A stretch of 64,000 bases of DNA, from positions 1,024,001 through 1,088,000 of the forward strand of contig CAVXTH010000009.1 of assembly GCA_963764625.1 (NCBI GenBank), in the 5' to 3' direction. The stretch is from Candidatus Krumholzibacteriota bacterium. Lineage in GTDB: Bacteria > Krumholzibacteriota > Krumholzibacteriia > JAJRXK01. The notes beneath the pieces were generated by a model. The model was not told where the DNA came from. It made no database searches and saw nothing but the letters and a program-made list of their open reading frames with translations. The translations under genes were made by a program, and so were the position numbers. This document shows, piece by piece, positions 52,035 through 61,586 of the stretch. How positions within the stretch are numbered: position 1 is the first letter of the stretch; the number at the start of each line of letters is the position of its first letter.

Positions 52035-52790
52035 ATGAGACGCCCACTGATCATCGGGAACTGGAAGATGAACTTGGGGCTCGCCGAGAGTCTCGGCTTG
52101 GCCCGCGATCTCAAACGGCAGCTGGCCGGAGTCTACGCGGGTCCTGAAGTCATGGTCTGTCCCTCCATGCCGTTTCTGTCTTCCGTCATGGACGTGCTCC
52201 AGGGAAGCGTGATGGGAGTGGGGAGTCAGGATCTCGCCCATCAGGAGAGGGGTGCGTTCACCGGTGCAGTGAGCGCCGAGCAGCTCAAGGAACTGGGGAT
52301 TCGCTGCTGCATCCTGGGCCATAGTGAGCGGAGGCAGTTTTTCGGGGAAACGGACGAGCTCGTGGCCGCGAAACTTCGCGCGACCTTCCGGGTGGGGCTA
52401 CTCCCGGTGGTGTGCTTCGGCGAGAGCGAGGAGATCAGGCTTCAGGGAAAGACCGAATCCTTCGTGAGTGGGCAGATTCATGCCGCTTTGGGAGGTTTGC
52501 ACGCACCTCAGGCCGCCGCCGTCGTGCTGGCATACGAGCCGATCTGGGCCATCGGGACCGGCAACAGCGCGCAACCGGAGGACGCCGAGGCGGTGCATCG
52601 CCTCGTGCGGGGAATCCTCAAGGAGCGTTTCGGCGACGAAGTCTCCCAGAACGTCCGCATCCTCTACGGAGGCAGCGTCACCCCGGAGAACATCGTTCAG
52701 TACATGCACTGCCAGAACATCGACGGGGCGCTGGTGGGTGGCGCGAGCCTGAAAGCCGAGTCGTTCCGGCGGATCATCGAGTATCACTGA
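52035..52790 (+). CDS. tpiA: Triosephosphate isomerase
   Basis: GNWKMN, GHSERR, AYEPIWAIGTG, LVGGASL. Confidence 0.98.
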   Translation: MRRPLIIGNWKMNLGLAESLGLARDLKRQLAGVYAGPEVMVCPSMPFLSSVMDVLQGSVMGVGSQDLAHQERGAFTGAVSAEQLKELGIRCCILGHSERRQFFGETDELVAAKLRATFRVGLLPVVCFGESEEIRLQGKTESFVSGQIHAALGGLHAPQAAAVVLAYEPIWAIGTGNSAQPEDAEAVHRLVRGILKERFGDEVSQNVRILYGGSVTPENIVQYMHCQNIDGALVGGASLKAESFRRIIEYH

Positions 52791-52839
52791 GAGGGAGAAT
52801 TCGGGCCGTATCGCCCCTCTGCACCCCCGATCGGCCCAT

Positions 52840-52868
52840 TTGACACCGAGAGAGCGGCATGCTACTTT
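52840..52868 (+). promoter_or_regulatory. Putative sigma70 promoter of secG-tRNA
   Basis: TTGACA-N17-TACTTT, preceded by the extended -10 TG. Confidence 0.55.
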
Positions 52869-52937
52869 ACCCTGCTCTTTGCGGAGACGGCCTTCTATGG
52901 TCGTCTCCTCGACCGATCTAGATCAAAGGTCAGAACC

Positions 52938-53408
52938 ATGTACGGACTCGCAATCATCGTTCATTTGCTCATCTCCATCGTGCTCTGCGTAGTCGTGCTC
53001 CTGCAGTCTTCCAAAGGAGACGGTCTGGCGGGCGCGTTCGGTGGCGGCGGCGCGGGGCAGGCCGTGTTTGGCGCGCGGGGCGTGACGACGATTTTGCACA
53101 AAGCAACGATTTATCTGGGCGCGGCCTTCATGATCAGCAGCGTGATTCTGGTCTTTCTGACGATCAATGAGGGAACCCCGGGCACGCAAAGCCGACTCAG
53201 CCGCCAGGCGGCGGAAAGGGTTCCGGTGGAGAGCGCGCCGCTTCCCCAAAGTGGGGGAGTTCCGATCTCACCCTCCGATATTCCCACGGCCGATCAATCA
53301 CCAAAGGGAGTCGAGAAACCTCAATCAAGTGCGCCGAGTTCTGCGGACAAGAACGCCACGGGAGCTTCTTCAGGCAAGGAAAAGCAATCCAGTGGTGGCG
53401 GACAATAG
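52938..53408 (+). CDS. secG: Preprotein translocase subunit SecG
   Basis: VLLQ.SKG.GL..AFGG, two TM segments, low-complexity tail; follows tpiA. Confidence 0.92.
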   Translation: MYGLAIIVHLLISIVLCVVVLLQSSKGDGLAGAFGGGGAGQAVFGARGVTTILHKATIYLGAAFMISSVILVFLTINEGTPGTQSRLSRQAAERVPVESAPLPQSGGVPISPSDIPTADQSPKGVEKPQSSAPSSADKNATGASSGKEKQSSGGGQ

Positions 53409-53424
53409 GTGAGCATGCTCATGC

Positions 53425-53509
53425 GCCCGGGTGGTGGAATTGGTAGACACGCTATCTTGAGGGGGTAGTGGCGAGAGCCGTGCGGGTTCGAATCCCGCCC
53501 CGGGCACCA
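53425..53509 (+). tRNA. tRNA-Leu (anticodon GAG)
   Basis: Acceptor stem GCCCGGG/CCCGGGC, D-loop GGAATTGGTAGAC, anticodon loop TT-GAG-GG, long variable arm, GTTCGAATC, encoded CCA. Confidence 0.96.
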
Positions 53510-53517
53510 TGTCTGTT

Positions 53518-53555
53518 GAGGTCTCGAGTTCATCGAGACCTCTATTTTTTTGTTT
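53518..53555 (+). terminator. Rho-independent terminator after tRNA-Leu
   Basis: 10-bp stem GAGGTCTCGA/TCGAGACCTC followed by TATTTTTTT. Confidence 0.85.
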
Positions 53556-53582
53556 GACACGAAAAACTGAGATCCGAATAAT
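53554..53582 (+). promoter_or_regulatory. Putative sigma70 promoter of the basic repeat-protein gene
   Basis: TTGACA-N17-AATAAT downstream of a T-rich tract. Confidence 0.55.
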
Positions 53583-53688
53583 CCGGATGATTTCCGATCT
53601 GGAACGTGAGTTGCTCATAATTTCCAGTTCGGGAACCGTTCCGAGGGGCGTCGCCCCTCAAGGCTGCACACAAAAGCGAGGCATAAGA

Positions 53689-54045
53689 ATGGAAGACGGA
53701 ATCATCATGGAAGCGGCGGCTAAGAAGCGAACCGCTCGCAAGAAGAAGACCACGGGTCGTAAGAAGAAGACGACGGCCCGCAAGAAGAAGACCACGGGCC
53801 GCAAGAAGAAGACGACCGCCCGTAAGAAGAAGACCACTGGTCGCAAGAAGAAGACTACGGGCCGCAAGAAGAAGACTACGGCCCGTAAGAAGAAGACCAC
53901 GGGCCGCAAGAAGAAGACGACCGCCCGTAAGAAGAAGACCACTGGTCGTAAGAAGAAGACGACCGCCCGTAAGAAGAAGACCACTGGCCGTAAGAAGAAG
54001 ACTACGGCCCGTAGAAAGAAGACCACGGTTCGCAAGAAGAAGTAA
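53689..54045 (+). CDS. Ultra-basic Lys/Arg/Thr repeat protein (histone H1/Hc2-like candidate), 118 aa
   Basis: RBS GAGG 7 nt before ATG; 14 [A/G]R[K/R]KKTT heptads plus VRKKK; synonymous variation between units. Confidence 0.8.
   Translation: MEDGIIMEAAAKKRTARKKKTTGRKKKTTARKKKTTGRKKKTTARKKKTTGRKKKTTGRKKKTTARKKKTTGRKKKTTARKKKTTGRKKKTTARKKKTTGRKKKTTARRKKTTVRKKK
53734..54042 (+). repeat. Coding 21-bp tandem repeat, about 14.7 copies
   Basis: Consensus G[C/G]N CG[C/T] AAG AAG AAG ACN ACN. Confidence 0.95.
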
Positions 54046-54067
54046 CCGCGGCATTCTTTCCCGACGT

Positions 54068-54102
54068 AGAAGAGGCGCCCTGTGTGGGCGCCTCTTCTCT
54101 TT
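54068..54102. terminator. Probable bidirectional terminator between convergent genes
   Basis: 13-bp stem AGAAGAGGCGCCC/GGGCGCCTCTTCT. Confidence 0.75.
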
Positions 54103-54154
54103 GAGTGTGGGTCCGGCAGGGACCGAAGTTCAAGCGGAACGGAATGAGGGCGGC

Positions 54155-55066
54155 TCAACCCCCCGCGCCGGTCGGGGGCTTCTGGGCGCCGGCCGGCTGG
54201 GGGGACTGGTCAGCGGGAGGATTCTCGTAGATCTCTTCGGGGACCTTGTGTTTCCAGACGACCCCAATGCTGGCCATCGGGTACTGCACGGCGCGATTCA
54301 GATCGACCTCGTCCTGGGTCCAGGTGAAGAGCGCCGAGGAGACTCCCAACTTGAGCGCAAGCCTCTCGTTCAGCTCGTAGCGAAGCCCGGTTCCGTACTG
54401 AAAGTAGAGCGCGCCCACGCTGTCGGAGTTGGGGAAGCTATTGAGGAGGCCTCCGAGACCCAGGAGCAGGTAGGGCCTCAGAGTTCTCTTCCCGAAGATG
54501 AACGTCATGTTGGCGCCGCCCTGGACCCAGCTCACGGTCGAGCGATCCCACTCGAAGCGACCGTCGGCCTGGGAGGGATCGTAGAACGGGTTGTTCGTGT
54601 CGACCCCGGTGGGGTCCTGATACTGGCCGGTGATCTTGGCCTGAGACTGTCCGAAGGCGCCGATGAGCTCCAGCCCGAAGGCATCGGTCAGAAAGAAGGT
54701 GGCGCTCATCCCTCCAAAGTGCCCGCTTTCAATGCTCTTGTGCGTCGCGTCGATCTGTCCCGGGTACTTCGGTTGCGCCAGCAGGTCGCCGTCGTAGTCC
54801 AGGATTTGGGCCGCTCCCAGGTCGGTCGTCTGGGGCGCGATGGGAGGGAGACTCAGATAGGTCACCCCCCCGAACATGCCCCCGAAAAGCGAGAGCTCGA
54901 TGCGATGGATCTGCCCCAGTTTGTGGCTGGCATCGTCCTTTTTCATGGGCTGGGCTAGAGCACCGAGCGGTCCGAGCAGCAGGAGGCTCAAAAAAACGGC
55001 CACCGGAAACAGCGAGCGGGCAGGCCGACGCGCGGGAAGGAGCTGCGAATGAGTGATCTGAAACAT
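54155..55066 (-). CDS. Small outer-membrane beta-barrel protein (OmpA-transmembrane-like)
   Basis: Signal peptide ending ALA; amphipathic strands IELSLFGG, FGLEL, RPYLLLGLG, YGTGLRY; Pro-rich tail. Confidence 0.7.
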   Translation of the reverse strand: MFQITHSQLLPARRPARSLFPVAVFLSLLLLGPLGALAQPMKKDDASHKLGQIHRIELSLFGGMFGGVTYLSLPPIAPQTTDLGAAQILDYDGDLLAQPKYPGQIDATHKSIESGHFGGMSATFFLTDAFGLELIGAFGQSQAKITGQYQDPTGVDTNNPFYDPSQADGRFEWDRSTVSWVQGGANMTFIFGKRTLRPYLLLGLGGLLNSFPNSDSVGALYFQYGTGLRYELNERLALKLGVSSALFTWTQDEVDLNRAVQYPMASIGVVWKHKVPEEIYENPPADQSPQPAGAQKPPTGAGG

Positions 55067-55487
55067 GTGAAGGGCCCGGTCGAGGGGCGGGCTAGGGTGA
55101 ATAAAGGTCGCATAGGCTGCGAGCGGGACCCATCTCCTCTCCGAGCGCGGCGCGCGAGAGGAAGCGAAATCGATCGTCACCCGCTGAGCTAGCAGCCGGA
55201 AGAATCTATCCTCTCCGGTAGCGGACTGTAAAGACCTAAGCCCCGGGGGAAAGCCGACTGCCACCGATGGCTGGTCCAATATACGGTGGTGAAATGGCGA
55301 GGGAAAGCCCAACACAAAGTGCGGCTTGCGTACGCGCGCCACGTTGACACTCTTTTGTCAAACGCGCTAGATTAGCGTGCTCTGACGCTCGACTCCGCCT
55401 TGTCTCCGCGCCTTTCCAGTGCTTCGTGGAGACCTCAGGGGCGGGGACGCTTCCTTTCCCACGACCAAGAGTCGGGAGGCATCCGCC

Positions 55488-57567
55488 TTGAAGACCTATG
55501 AGCCCTCGAAAATCCGCAATGTGGCCCTCCTTTCCCACCAGGCGGCCGGAAAGACCACTCTGGCAGAAGCTATTCTCTACAAGACGAAGGCCATCGGACG
55601 GATGGGCAGCGTGGACGAGGGAAGCAGTAATCTGGACTATCACCCCAACGAAATCGAACGCAAGACCAGTATTTACCTGGCCTTAGGCGCTTGTGAATAC
55701 GAGGGGACCAAATTCAACCTCCTCGACACCCCTGGCTTCGAGGACTTCCGCGGCGACGTGATGGCGGCGCTCTCGGTGGTGGAGAGCGCCATCGTCCTGG
55801 TGCGCGCCGACGGGGGGGTGGAGGTGGGCACCGAGAGTCTCTGGGAGAAGCTCGATGAGAGGAAGCTCCCCAGCATGATCGTGGTCTCGAAGATGGACAA
55901 GGAGCACGCCGACTTCACCTCGTCCCTGGAGCAGATCCACTCGCAGCTCAGCAAGAAGGCAATTCCCATTCAACTCCCGATCGGAGAAGGCGAAGACTTC
56001 AAGGGCGTGATCGATGTGGCACTGGGCCAGGCGTATCTCTACGACGACAAGGGGGAGTCGAGGGAAGCGGAGGTTCCCGAGGACATGAAAGCCCTCTACG
56101 AGTCGACCCGCGAGGAGCTGCTCAACGCCGCGGCGGAGCACGACGATGGTCTGGTCGAGAAGTTTCTCGAGGAGGGAACGCTCAATTACGAGGAAATCGT
56201 CAAGGGCATCCGCATCGGAGTCAGAGATCGCTCGTTCATTCCCGTGTGTGCGGTGAGCGCGCACTCGCTCCGCGGAATGAAGCAGATGCTGCACTACGTG
56301 AAGGAGTATCTCCCCGCAGCCGATGCCTTCGGCGAGATCGGCGCCGTCGATTCCAAGGGGGAGGAAACCAAGATCAAGATCGGTAAAGACGCCCCTCTGG
56401 CGGTGCGCGTCTTCAAGATCTCGCTGGAAAAGGAGGCCGGGGAGTTCGCTCTGATGCGGGTCTACGCTTCGCAGCTCTCTGCGGGGGACGAAGTGAGTAA
56501 CCGGAACCGTGGACATAGCGAGCGGCTCACCCAGCTCTTTCAGCTCGAGGGCAAGAACCGGGAGAAGATCGAGTCCATTGGATGCGGGGATTTCGGCGCC
56601 GCGGTCAAGCTGAAGAACACGCACGCGGGCGACACTCTGGGCGCCAAGAGTTCCACGGAACTCTTCCGGCCCATTCCCTATCCGGAAACGAACAGCCGAA
56701 TGGCGATCAGCCCGGTGGGGGCCGGTGACGACGACAAGATGGTCAACGGTCTGCACAAGCTCCGCGAGGAGGATCCGACTTTCTCGATCGAAATGGACCC
56801 GCAGACCCACGAGCTGGTCATGCAGGGCCAAGGCGAGCTGCATTTCGACATCATCCTGCAGAATCTAAAGGAAGCTACCGGCGTCGAAGTGCAACGCCGC
56901 GAGCCGAAGATCCCCTACCTGGAGACGATCAAGGGAAAGACAGAGATCCAGGCGCGTCACAAGAAGCAGACGGGAGGACGGGGCCAATTCGCCGACGTGA
57001 GTCTCCGCTTCGAGTCGCTTCCGCGCGGTGAGGGTTTCGAGTTCGTGAACGCGATCGTGGGCGGCGCGATTCCCGGCAAGTTCATTCCGGCGGTGGAGAA
57101 GGGTCTGAAGGAGTCGATGCAGAAGGGGCCCCTGGCCGCCTGTCAGGTGGTCGATCTGAAGGCTACTCTGTACGACGGCGGATTCCACGCGGTGGACTCC
57201 AGCGAAGCCGCGTTCAAGACGGCGGCTTCCACCGCCCTTCGCGAGTGTTTCGCCAAGACGCAGGCCGTCCTGCTCGAGCCCATCTACGAGATCGAAGTGA
57301 AGTGCCCCGACGAAGTCATGGGCGACGTCATGGGAGACCTGAGCTCGCGGCGGGGACGCATCATGGGGACCGAGACCCAGGGGCACTTCGCGGTGGTCAA
57401 GGCGCACGTACCTTTGGCCGAGCTCTATCGCTACAGCACGACTCTGAGGAGCATGACCCAGGGTCGCGGAACCCATACTCGCAAGTTTCAGGGCTACGAA
57501 GAAGTGCCGGGCGATTCGATGAGCAAGATCGTCGAGGCGGCCAAGAGAGGATCACGAAGAGGCCTAG
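55488..57567 (+). CDS. fusA: Elongation factor G paralogue (EF-G2-like); stop displaced by a probable +1 indel near 57546
   Basis: SHQAAGKTT, DTPG, EEDPT, GELH, HKKQTGGRGQF, LRSMTQGRG; TTG start after GGAGG; removing one base gives ..AKEDHEEA-stop at 57565-57567. Confidence 0.9.
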
Positions 57568-57598
57568 AGCGCGTTTCACCGGTACTAGGAGGAGCACG

Positions 57599-58357
57599 GT
57601 GTCAGGACATTCCAAGTGGGCCACCATCAAACGGAAGAAGGGTGCGGCCGACGCCAAGCGAGGCAAACTCTTCACGCGCCTGGGCAAGGAAATCACCATC
57701 GCCGCGCGCGACGGTGGGGGCGAGCTCGAGACAAATCCGCGGCTTCGCAGCGCCATCGAGACCGCGCGCGCTCAGAACATGCCCAAGGACAACATCGAGC
57801 GGGCCATCAAGAGGGGCACCGGAGAGGTCGAGGGCGCACGCTACGAGGAGATCACTTACGAGGGCTACGGACACGGCGGAGTGGCGATTCTCGTTTCGAC
57901 TGTCACCGACAACACCAATCGAACCGCGGCCGACGTGCGCCACGGGTTCAGCAAGTACGGCGGAAAGATGGCCGACCCCGGCAGCGTAGCCTACCTCTTC
58001 GAGACCAAGGGGATCTTCAGTCTGGACGCGACGGTGGCCGACGAAGAACGCGTGATGGAAGTGGTGATCGATGCCGGCGCAGAGGACGTGCATGAGGAAG
58101 GCGGAACGGTGGAAATCACCTGTCCCCGCGAGGCATTTCACGCGGTGAGCTCGGCTCTGGCCGAAGCCGGACTGGCAACCCTCTCTGCCGAGCTCACTCC
58201 GGTGCCCTCGACCTTGATCACGGTGACCGGAGAAGATGCCCGGCGCCTCCTGAAACTCATCAATGCCCTGGACGACCTGGACGATACCCAGCAAGTCAGC
58301 GCGAATCTGGACATTCCCGAGGATGAAATGGCCGCTTTGCAGGATGAGTTGGCATGA
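57599..58357 (+). CDS. yebC: YebC/PmpR family protein
   Basis: SGHSKWATIK, YEGYG.GG, TDN.NRT; RBS AGGAGG. Confidence 0.95.
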   Translation: MSGHSKWATIKRKKGAADAKRGKLFTRLGKEITIAARDGGGELETNPRLRSAIETARAQNMPKDNIERAIKRGTGEVEGARYEEITYEGYGHGGVAILVSTVTDNTNRTAADVRHGFSKYGGKMADPGSVAYLFETKGIFSLDATVADEERVMEVVIDAGAEDVHEEGGTVEITCPREAFHAVSSALAEAGLATLSAELTPVPSTLITVTGEDARRLLKLINALDDLDDTQQVSANLDIPEDEMAALQDELA

Positions 58358-58875
58358 CTCTGATCGTCGGTATCGATCCGGGAAGCCAGCGGTTGGGCTA
58401 CGCCGCGATCGAGGCCGAAGGCCACAGCTTGAAGCATCTCACCCACGGCACCCTGAAAGCTCCCTCGCGCCAACCCCTGCACCAGCGGCTGGCCTTCCTG
58501 CACACGCGACTTCGCGAGGTGCTGGAGGAGTCGAGTCAGCTCGGGCGGGGAGCGCCGATCGAGGTGGCGATCGAGCGGGTTTTTACGGCCAAGAACTACG
58601 CCTCGGCATTGACCCTGGGCCATGCGCGCGGGATCATCCTCCTCGCGGTGGGCCAATGTGGCTACGAACTCGCCGAATACGCGCCCGCGGCAATCAAGAA
58701 GGCAGTCACGGGAAACGGCCGGGCGAGCAAGGCGCAGGTGGCCGCCATGGTAGGGCGCATCTTGGGAATCAAGGTCTCTGCGGAGGAGAGTGACAGCACC
58801 GACGCCCTCGCCATGGCGATCTGTCACGCGGCGAATTTGCAGGCGCGGAGTCTGGCGGACCGGCTCGAGGTTTGA
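58354..58875 (+). CDS. ruvC: Holliday junction resolvase RuvC
   Basis: GIDPGS, AIE..F, LGHARG, KKAVTGNG.A.K, DALA.A.CH. Confidence 0.95.
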   Translation: MTLIVGIDPGSQRLGYAAIEAEGHSLKHLTHGTLKAPSRQPLHQRLAFLHTRLREVLEESSQLGRGAPIEVAIERVFTAKNYASALTLGHARGIILLAVGQCGYELAEYAPAAIKKAVTGNGRASKAQVAAMVGRILGIKVSAEESDSTDALAMAICHAANLQARSLADRLEV

Positions 58876-58892
58876 ACTCCTTTGGAGGATCG

Positions 58893-59486
58893 ATGTACGC
58901 ATTCATCTCGGGACGTCTGGAGGATGTCTCCAGCGGGGCGGTCGTCGTCGCCGATGGCGGGGTGGGCTACGCGATCCTGGTCCCCGAGCGCTTGCGCCGT
59001 CGCCTGCCCCCCGTGGGACAGGAAGTGAAGCTCTTCACGCATCTTCACGTGCGTGAGGATGATTTGACGCTCTACGGTTTTTCCAGTCCGTCCGAGCGGG
59101 AGATGTTCAGGGCCCTTCTTTCGATCAGCGGCGTGGGTCCCAAGCTCGCGCTCGCCATTCTGGGCGATGAGGACTTCCAGCTCATCCTGGACGGGGCGCG
59201 CCGGGGCGATGCGGGACCTCTGACGCGCATCAAAGGGGTGGGCAAGAAGACGGCCGAGCGGCTGGTGGTCGAGCTGCGCGATCGCGAGCTTGCGCCCCTC
59301 CCGGCTTATCCGGGCGCGGCGGCCGGTCCGGGAACGACCGACGAGGAGGCGACGCTGGCCCTCATCGGAATGGGCTTGAGTCTGGAAGCCGCCCGGCGCG
59401 CCGTGGGCAGTTTGACGATTCAGGAGCGCGAGAATGCGCCGGTGGAGGACATCGTTCGTCGAGCCCTGCGCGCCGTCGCCATATGA
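58893..59486 (+). CDS. ruvA: Holliday junction branch migration protein RuvA
   Basis: GGVGY, VRED..LYGF, GVGPK, GVGKKTAER. Confidence 0.95.
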   Translation: MYAFISGRLEDVSSGAVVVADGGVGYAILVPERLRRRLPPVGQEVKLFTHLHVREDDLTLYGFSSPSEREMFRALLSISGVGPKLALAILGDEDFQLILDGARRGDAGPLTRIKGVGKKTAERLVVELRDRELAPLPAYPGAAAGPGTTDEEATLALIGMGLSLEAARRAVGSLTIQERENAPVEDIVRRALRAVAI

Positions 59487-59508
59487 TCCGCCAGCCAAGG
59501 AAGATCTG

Positions 59509-60540
59509 ATGCAGCCCAAGGAGAGACTCACCGATCCTCGCCCCCAACCAGGGGCGGAGGCGGACAGGGACCGGGCGCTGAGACCGAAGAGCCTGGCGGA
59601 GTTCATCGGACAGGAGCGACTCAAAGTTCAGCTCGCTCTCTTCATTCGTGCGGCCAAGGAAAGAGGGGAAGCCCTCGACCATCTGCTCTTACACGGTCCT
59701 CCCGGCCTGGGGAAGACCACCCTGGCCGGCATCGTGGCCAGGGAGATGGGGGCACAGCTACGCGTCACGAGCGGTCCCGCGTTCACCAACGGCGCCGAAC
59801 TCCTCTCCATTCTGACGCGTGAAGAAGGGCGGCAGTGCGTCTTCGTCGACGAGATCCACCGGCTGAATCGCGTGGTGGAAGAGCACCTCTATCCGGCGAT
59901 GGAGGATTTCCGCGTCGAGCTGGTCATCGACAAGGGTCCGGCGGCGCGTCACTACCAGCTCGATCTCGAACCCTTCACGCTGGTGGGCGCGACGACGCGC
60001 GCCGGTCTTCTGACCCCAGCCCTGCGCTCTCGCTTCGGCATCGTGCTGCATCTGGAATTCTATCCGCCGGCCGAGCTCGCCCGCATCGTGGCCCGCAGCG
60101 CCGAGCTGCTCGAGATGGAGTTGAGCGAGGACGGGACCATCGAGATCGCGCGCAGGAGTCGCGGGACGCCCCGGGTGGCGAATCGCATTTTACGCCGCGT
60201 GCGTGATGTGGCCCAGGTGGAGGGGCTTCGTACCGTGGACAAAGGCCTGGTGCAGAGGGCTCTCGACCTGCTCGAGGTCGATCATCTTGGATTGGAGAGT
60301 CTGGACCGATCGTACCTGCGGGTGATCACCTCCGATTTCGACGGAGGCCCGGTGGGTCTGTCCACCCTCGCCGTCAGTCTGGGCGAGGAGACCGACACGC
60401 TCGAGGACGTGGTGGAACCCTTCCTCATTCAGGAAGGACTGGTGCACCGGACTCCCCGCGGTCGCGTGGCGACCCCGAAGGCCTTTGCTCATCTGGGTCT
60501 TGCGCCGCCCACGAAACAGAGAGAGCCCGATCTCTTCTGA
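59509..60540 (+). CDS. ruvB: Holliday junction DNA helicase RuvB
   Basis: LRP..L.EFIGQ, GPPGLGKTT, DEIHR, LYPAMEDF, SRGTPR. Confidence 0.97.
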   Translation: MQPKERLTDPRPQPGAEADRDRALRPKSLAEFIGQERLKVQLALFIRAAKERGEALDHLLLHGPPGLGKTTLAGIVAREMGAQLRVTSGPAFTNGAELLSILTREEGRQCVFVDEIHRLNRVVEEHLYPAMEDFRVELVIDKGPAARHYQLDLEPFTLVGATTRAGLLTPALRSRFGIVLHLEFYPPAELARIVARSAELLEMELSEDGTIEIARRSRGTPRVANRILRRVRDVAQVEGLRTVDKGLVQRALDLLEVDHLGLESLDRSYLRVITSDFDGGPVGLSTLAVSLGEETDTLEDVVEPFLIQEGLVHRTPRGRVATPKAFAHLGLAPPTKQREPDLF

Positions 60541-61586
60541 TGCCTCACTTCGACGAACTCGACTCCTACGACTTCACTCTCTCTGAGGAGAGAATCGCCC
60601 AGCGGCCTCTGCCGCGACGGCGTGATGCCAGGCTTCTGATCTGGGAGCGCGATGGGAAATTTTGCGATGGTGCAGTCCGGGACCTGCCACGACTTCTGCG
60701 ACCAAGTGATCTTCTGATCCTGAACGACACCAAAGTCTTTCCCGCGCGCCTGTACGGACGCAAGAAACGGGGCGGGGCGAGAGTGGAAGTGCTGTTGACG
60801 GATCCCCTCGCCGACGAGAGCTGGTCGGCTTTGGTGCGCCCGGGCCGGCGGCTTCCGCCAGGTACGGAGATCGAGTTGGAAGGGGGCCCAGAGATGATGA
60901 TCGAAGAGGCTCTGGGCCGTGGTCTGCGCCGCGTCCGCCTGACCGGCGGTGCGTCGTCGGCGCTCGACTACGCCGTGCACCACGGTCACGTTCCCCTGCC
61001 GCCCTACATCCGCCGAAGTGACGACGAACGGGACACCGAGCGCTATCAGACCATTTTCGCGCGCGCGAGCGGTTCGGTGGCCGCGCCCACCGCCGGATTG
61101 CACTTCGACGCCGAGCTCCTCGACGAGCTGAGACGAAAGGGCGTAGCGTGCGCGTTCGTGACTCTTCACGTGGGACCCGGCACCTTTCTTCCCCTGAGCG
61201 GGGTGGAGCTGAAGCGGGGCTCGCTGCACGCCGAGCGATTCACCGTTCCAAGCGAAACCGTTCGGGCGATCCTGGAATGCAAGAAGCGGGGCGGCCGCGT
61301 GGTGGCCGTCGGCACCACCGCATGCCGCAGCCTCGAGAGCCTTCCCGCCGACGCGACAGAGGGGGTCTCAGGGACCACTTCGCTGTTCATCCGCCCTGGG
61401 CATCACTTTCGCTGGGTGAACGTTCTGCTGACCAACTTTCATCTTCCCAGAAGCAGTCTGCTGATCTTGGTCGCGGCCTTCGCGGGCGAACGATGGCGCG
61501 AGGCCTACGCCCACGCCCTGCGCGAGGGCTACCGCTTCTACTCCTACGGCGATGCCAACTGGATCGAGAGGTCGCATCCTCAATGA
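60540..61586 (+). CDS. queA: S-adenosylmethionine:tRNA ribosyltransferase-isomerase
   Basis: [38 protein letters not shown]. Confidence 0.96.
   Translation: MPHFDELDSYDFTLSEERIAQRPLPRRRDARLLIWERDGKFCDGAVRDLPRLLRPSDLLILNDTKVFPARLYGRKKRGGARVEVLLTDPLADESWSALVRPGRRLPPGTEIELEGGPEMMIEEALGRGLRRVRLTGGASSALDYAVHHGHVPLPPYIRRSDDERDTERYQTIFARASGSVAAPTAGLHFDAELLDELRRKGVACAFVTLHVGPGTFLPLSGVELKRGSLHAERFTVPSETVRAILECKKRGGRVVAVGTTACRSLESLPADATEGVSGTTSLFIRPGHHFRWVNVLLTNFHLPRSSLLILVAAFAGERWREAYAHALREGYRFYSYGDANWIERSHPQ

Noticed and set aside
53734-54042. 21-bp tandem repeat as a CRISPR array or non-coding VNTR
   Set aside because: There are no unique spacers and no cas genes; variation is mainly at third codon positions, so the repeat is coding.
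53542-54158. Antisense ORFs with hydrophobic repeats (LRAVVFF, GRLLLT)
   Set aside because: These are shadows of the AAG-rich plus-strand repeat. Promoter, RBS and terminator orientation support the plus strand.
53425-55400. Genomic island integrated at tRNA-Leu
   Set aside because: No integrase and no duplicated tRNA 3' end were seen in the window.
57568-57989. C-terminal extension of EF-G overlapping yebC
   Set aside because: One extra base near 57546 explains it; yebC has its own RBS and a conserved N-terminus.
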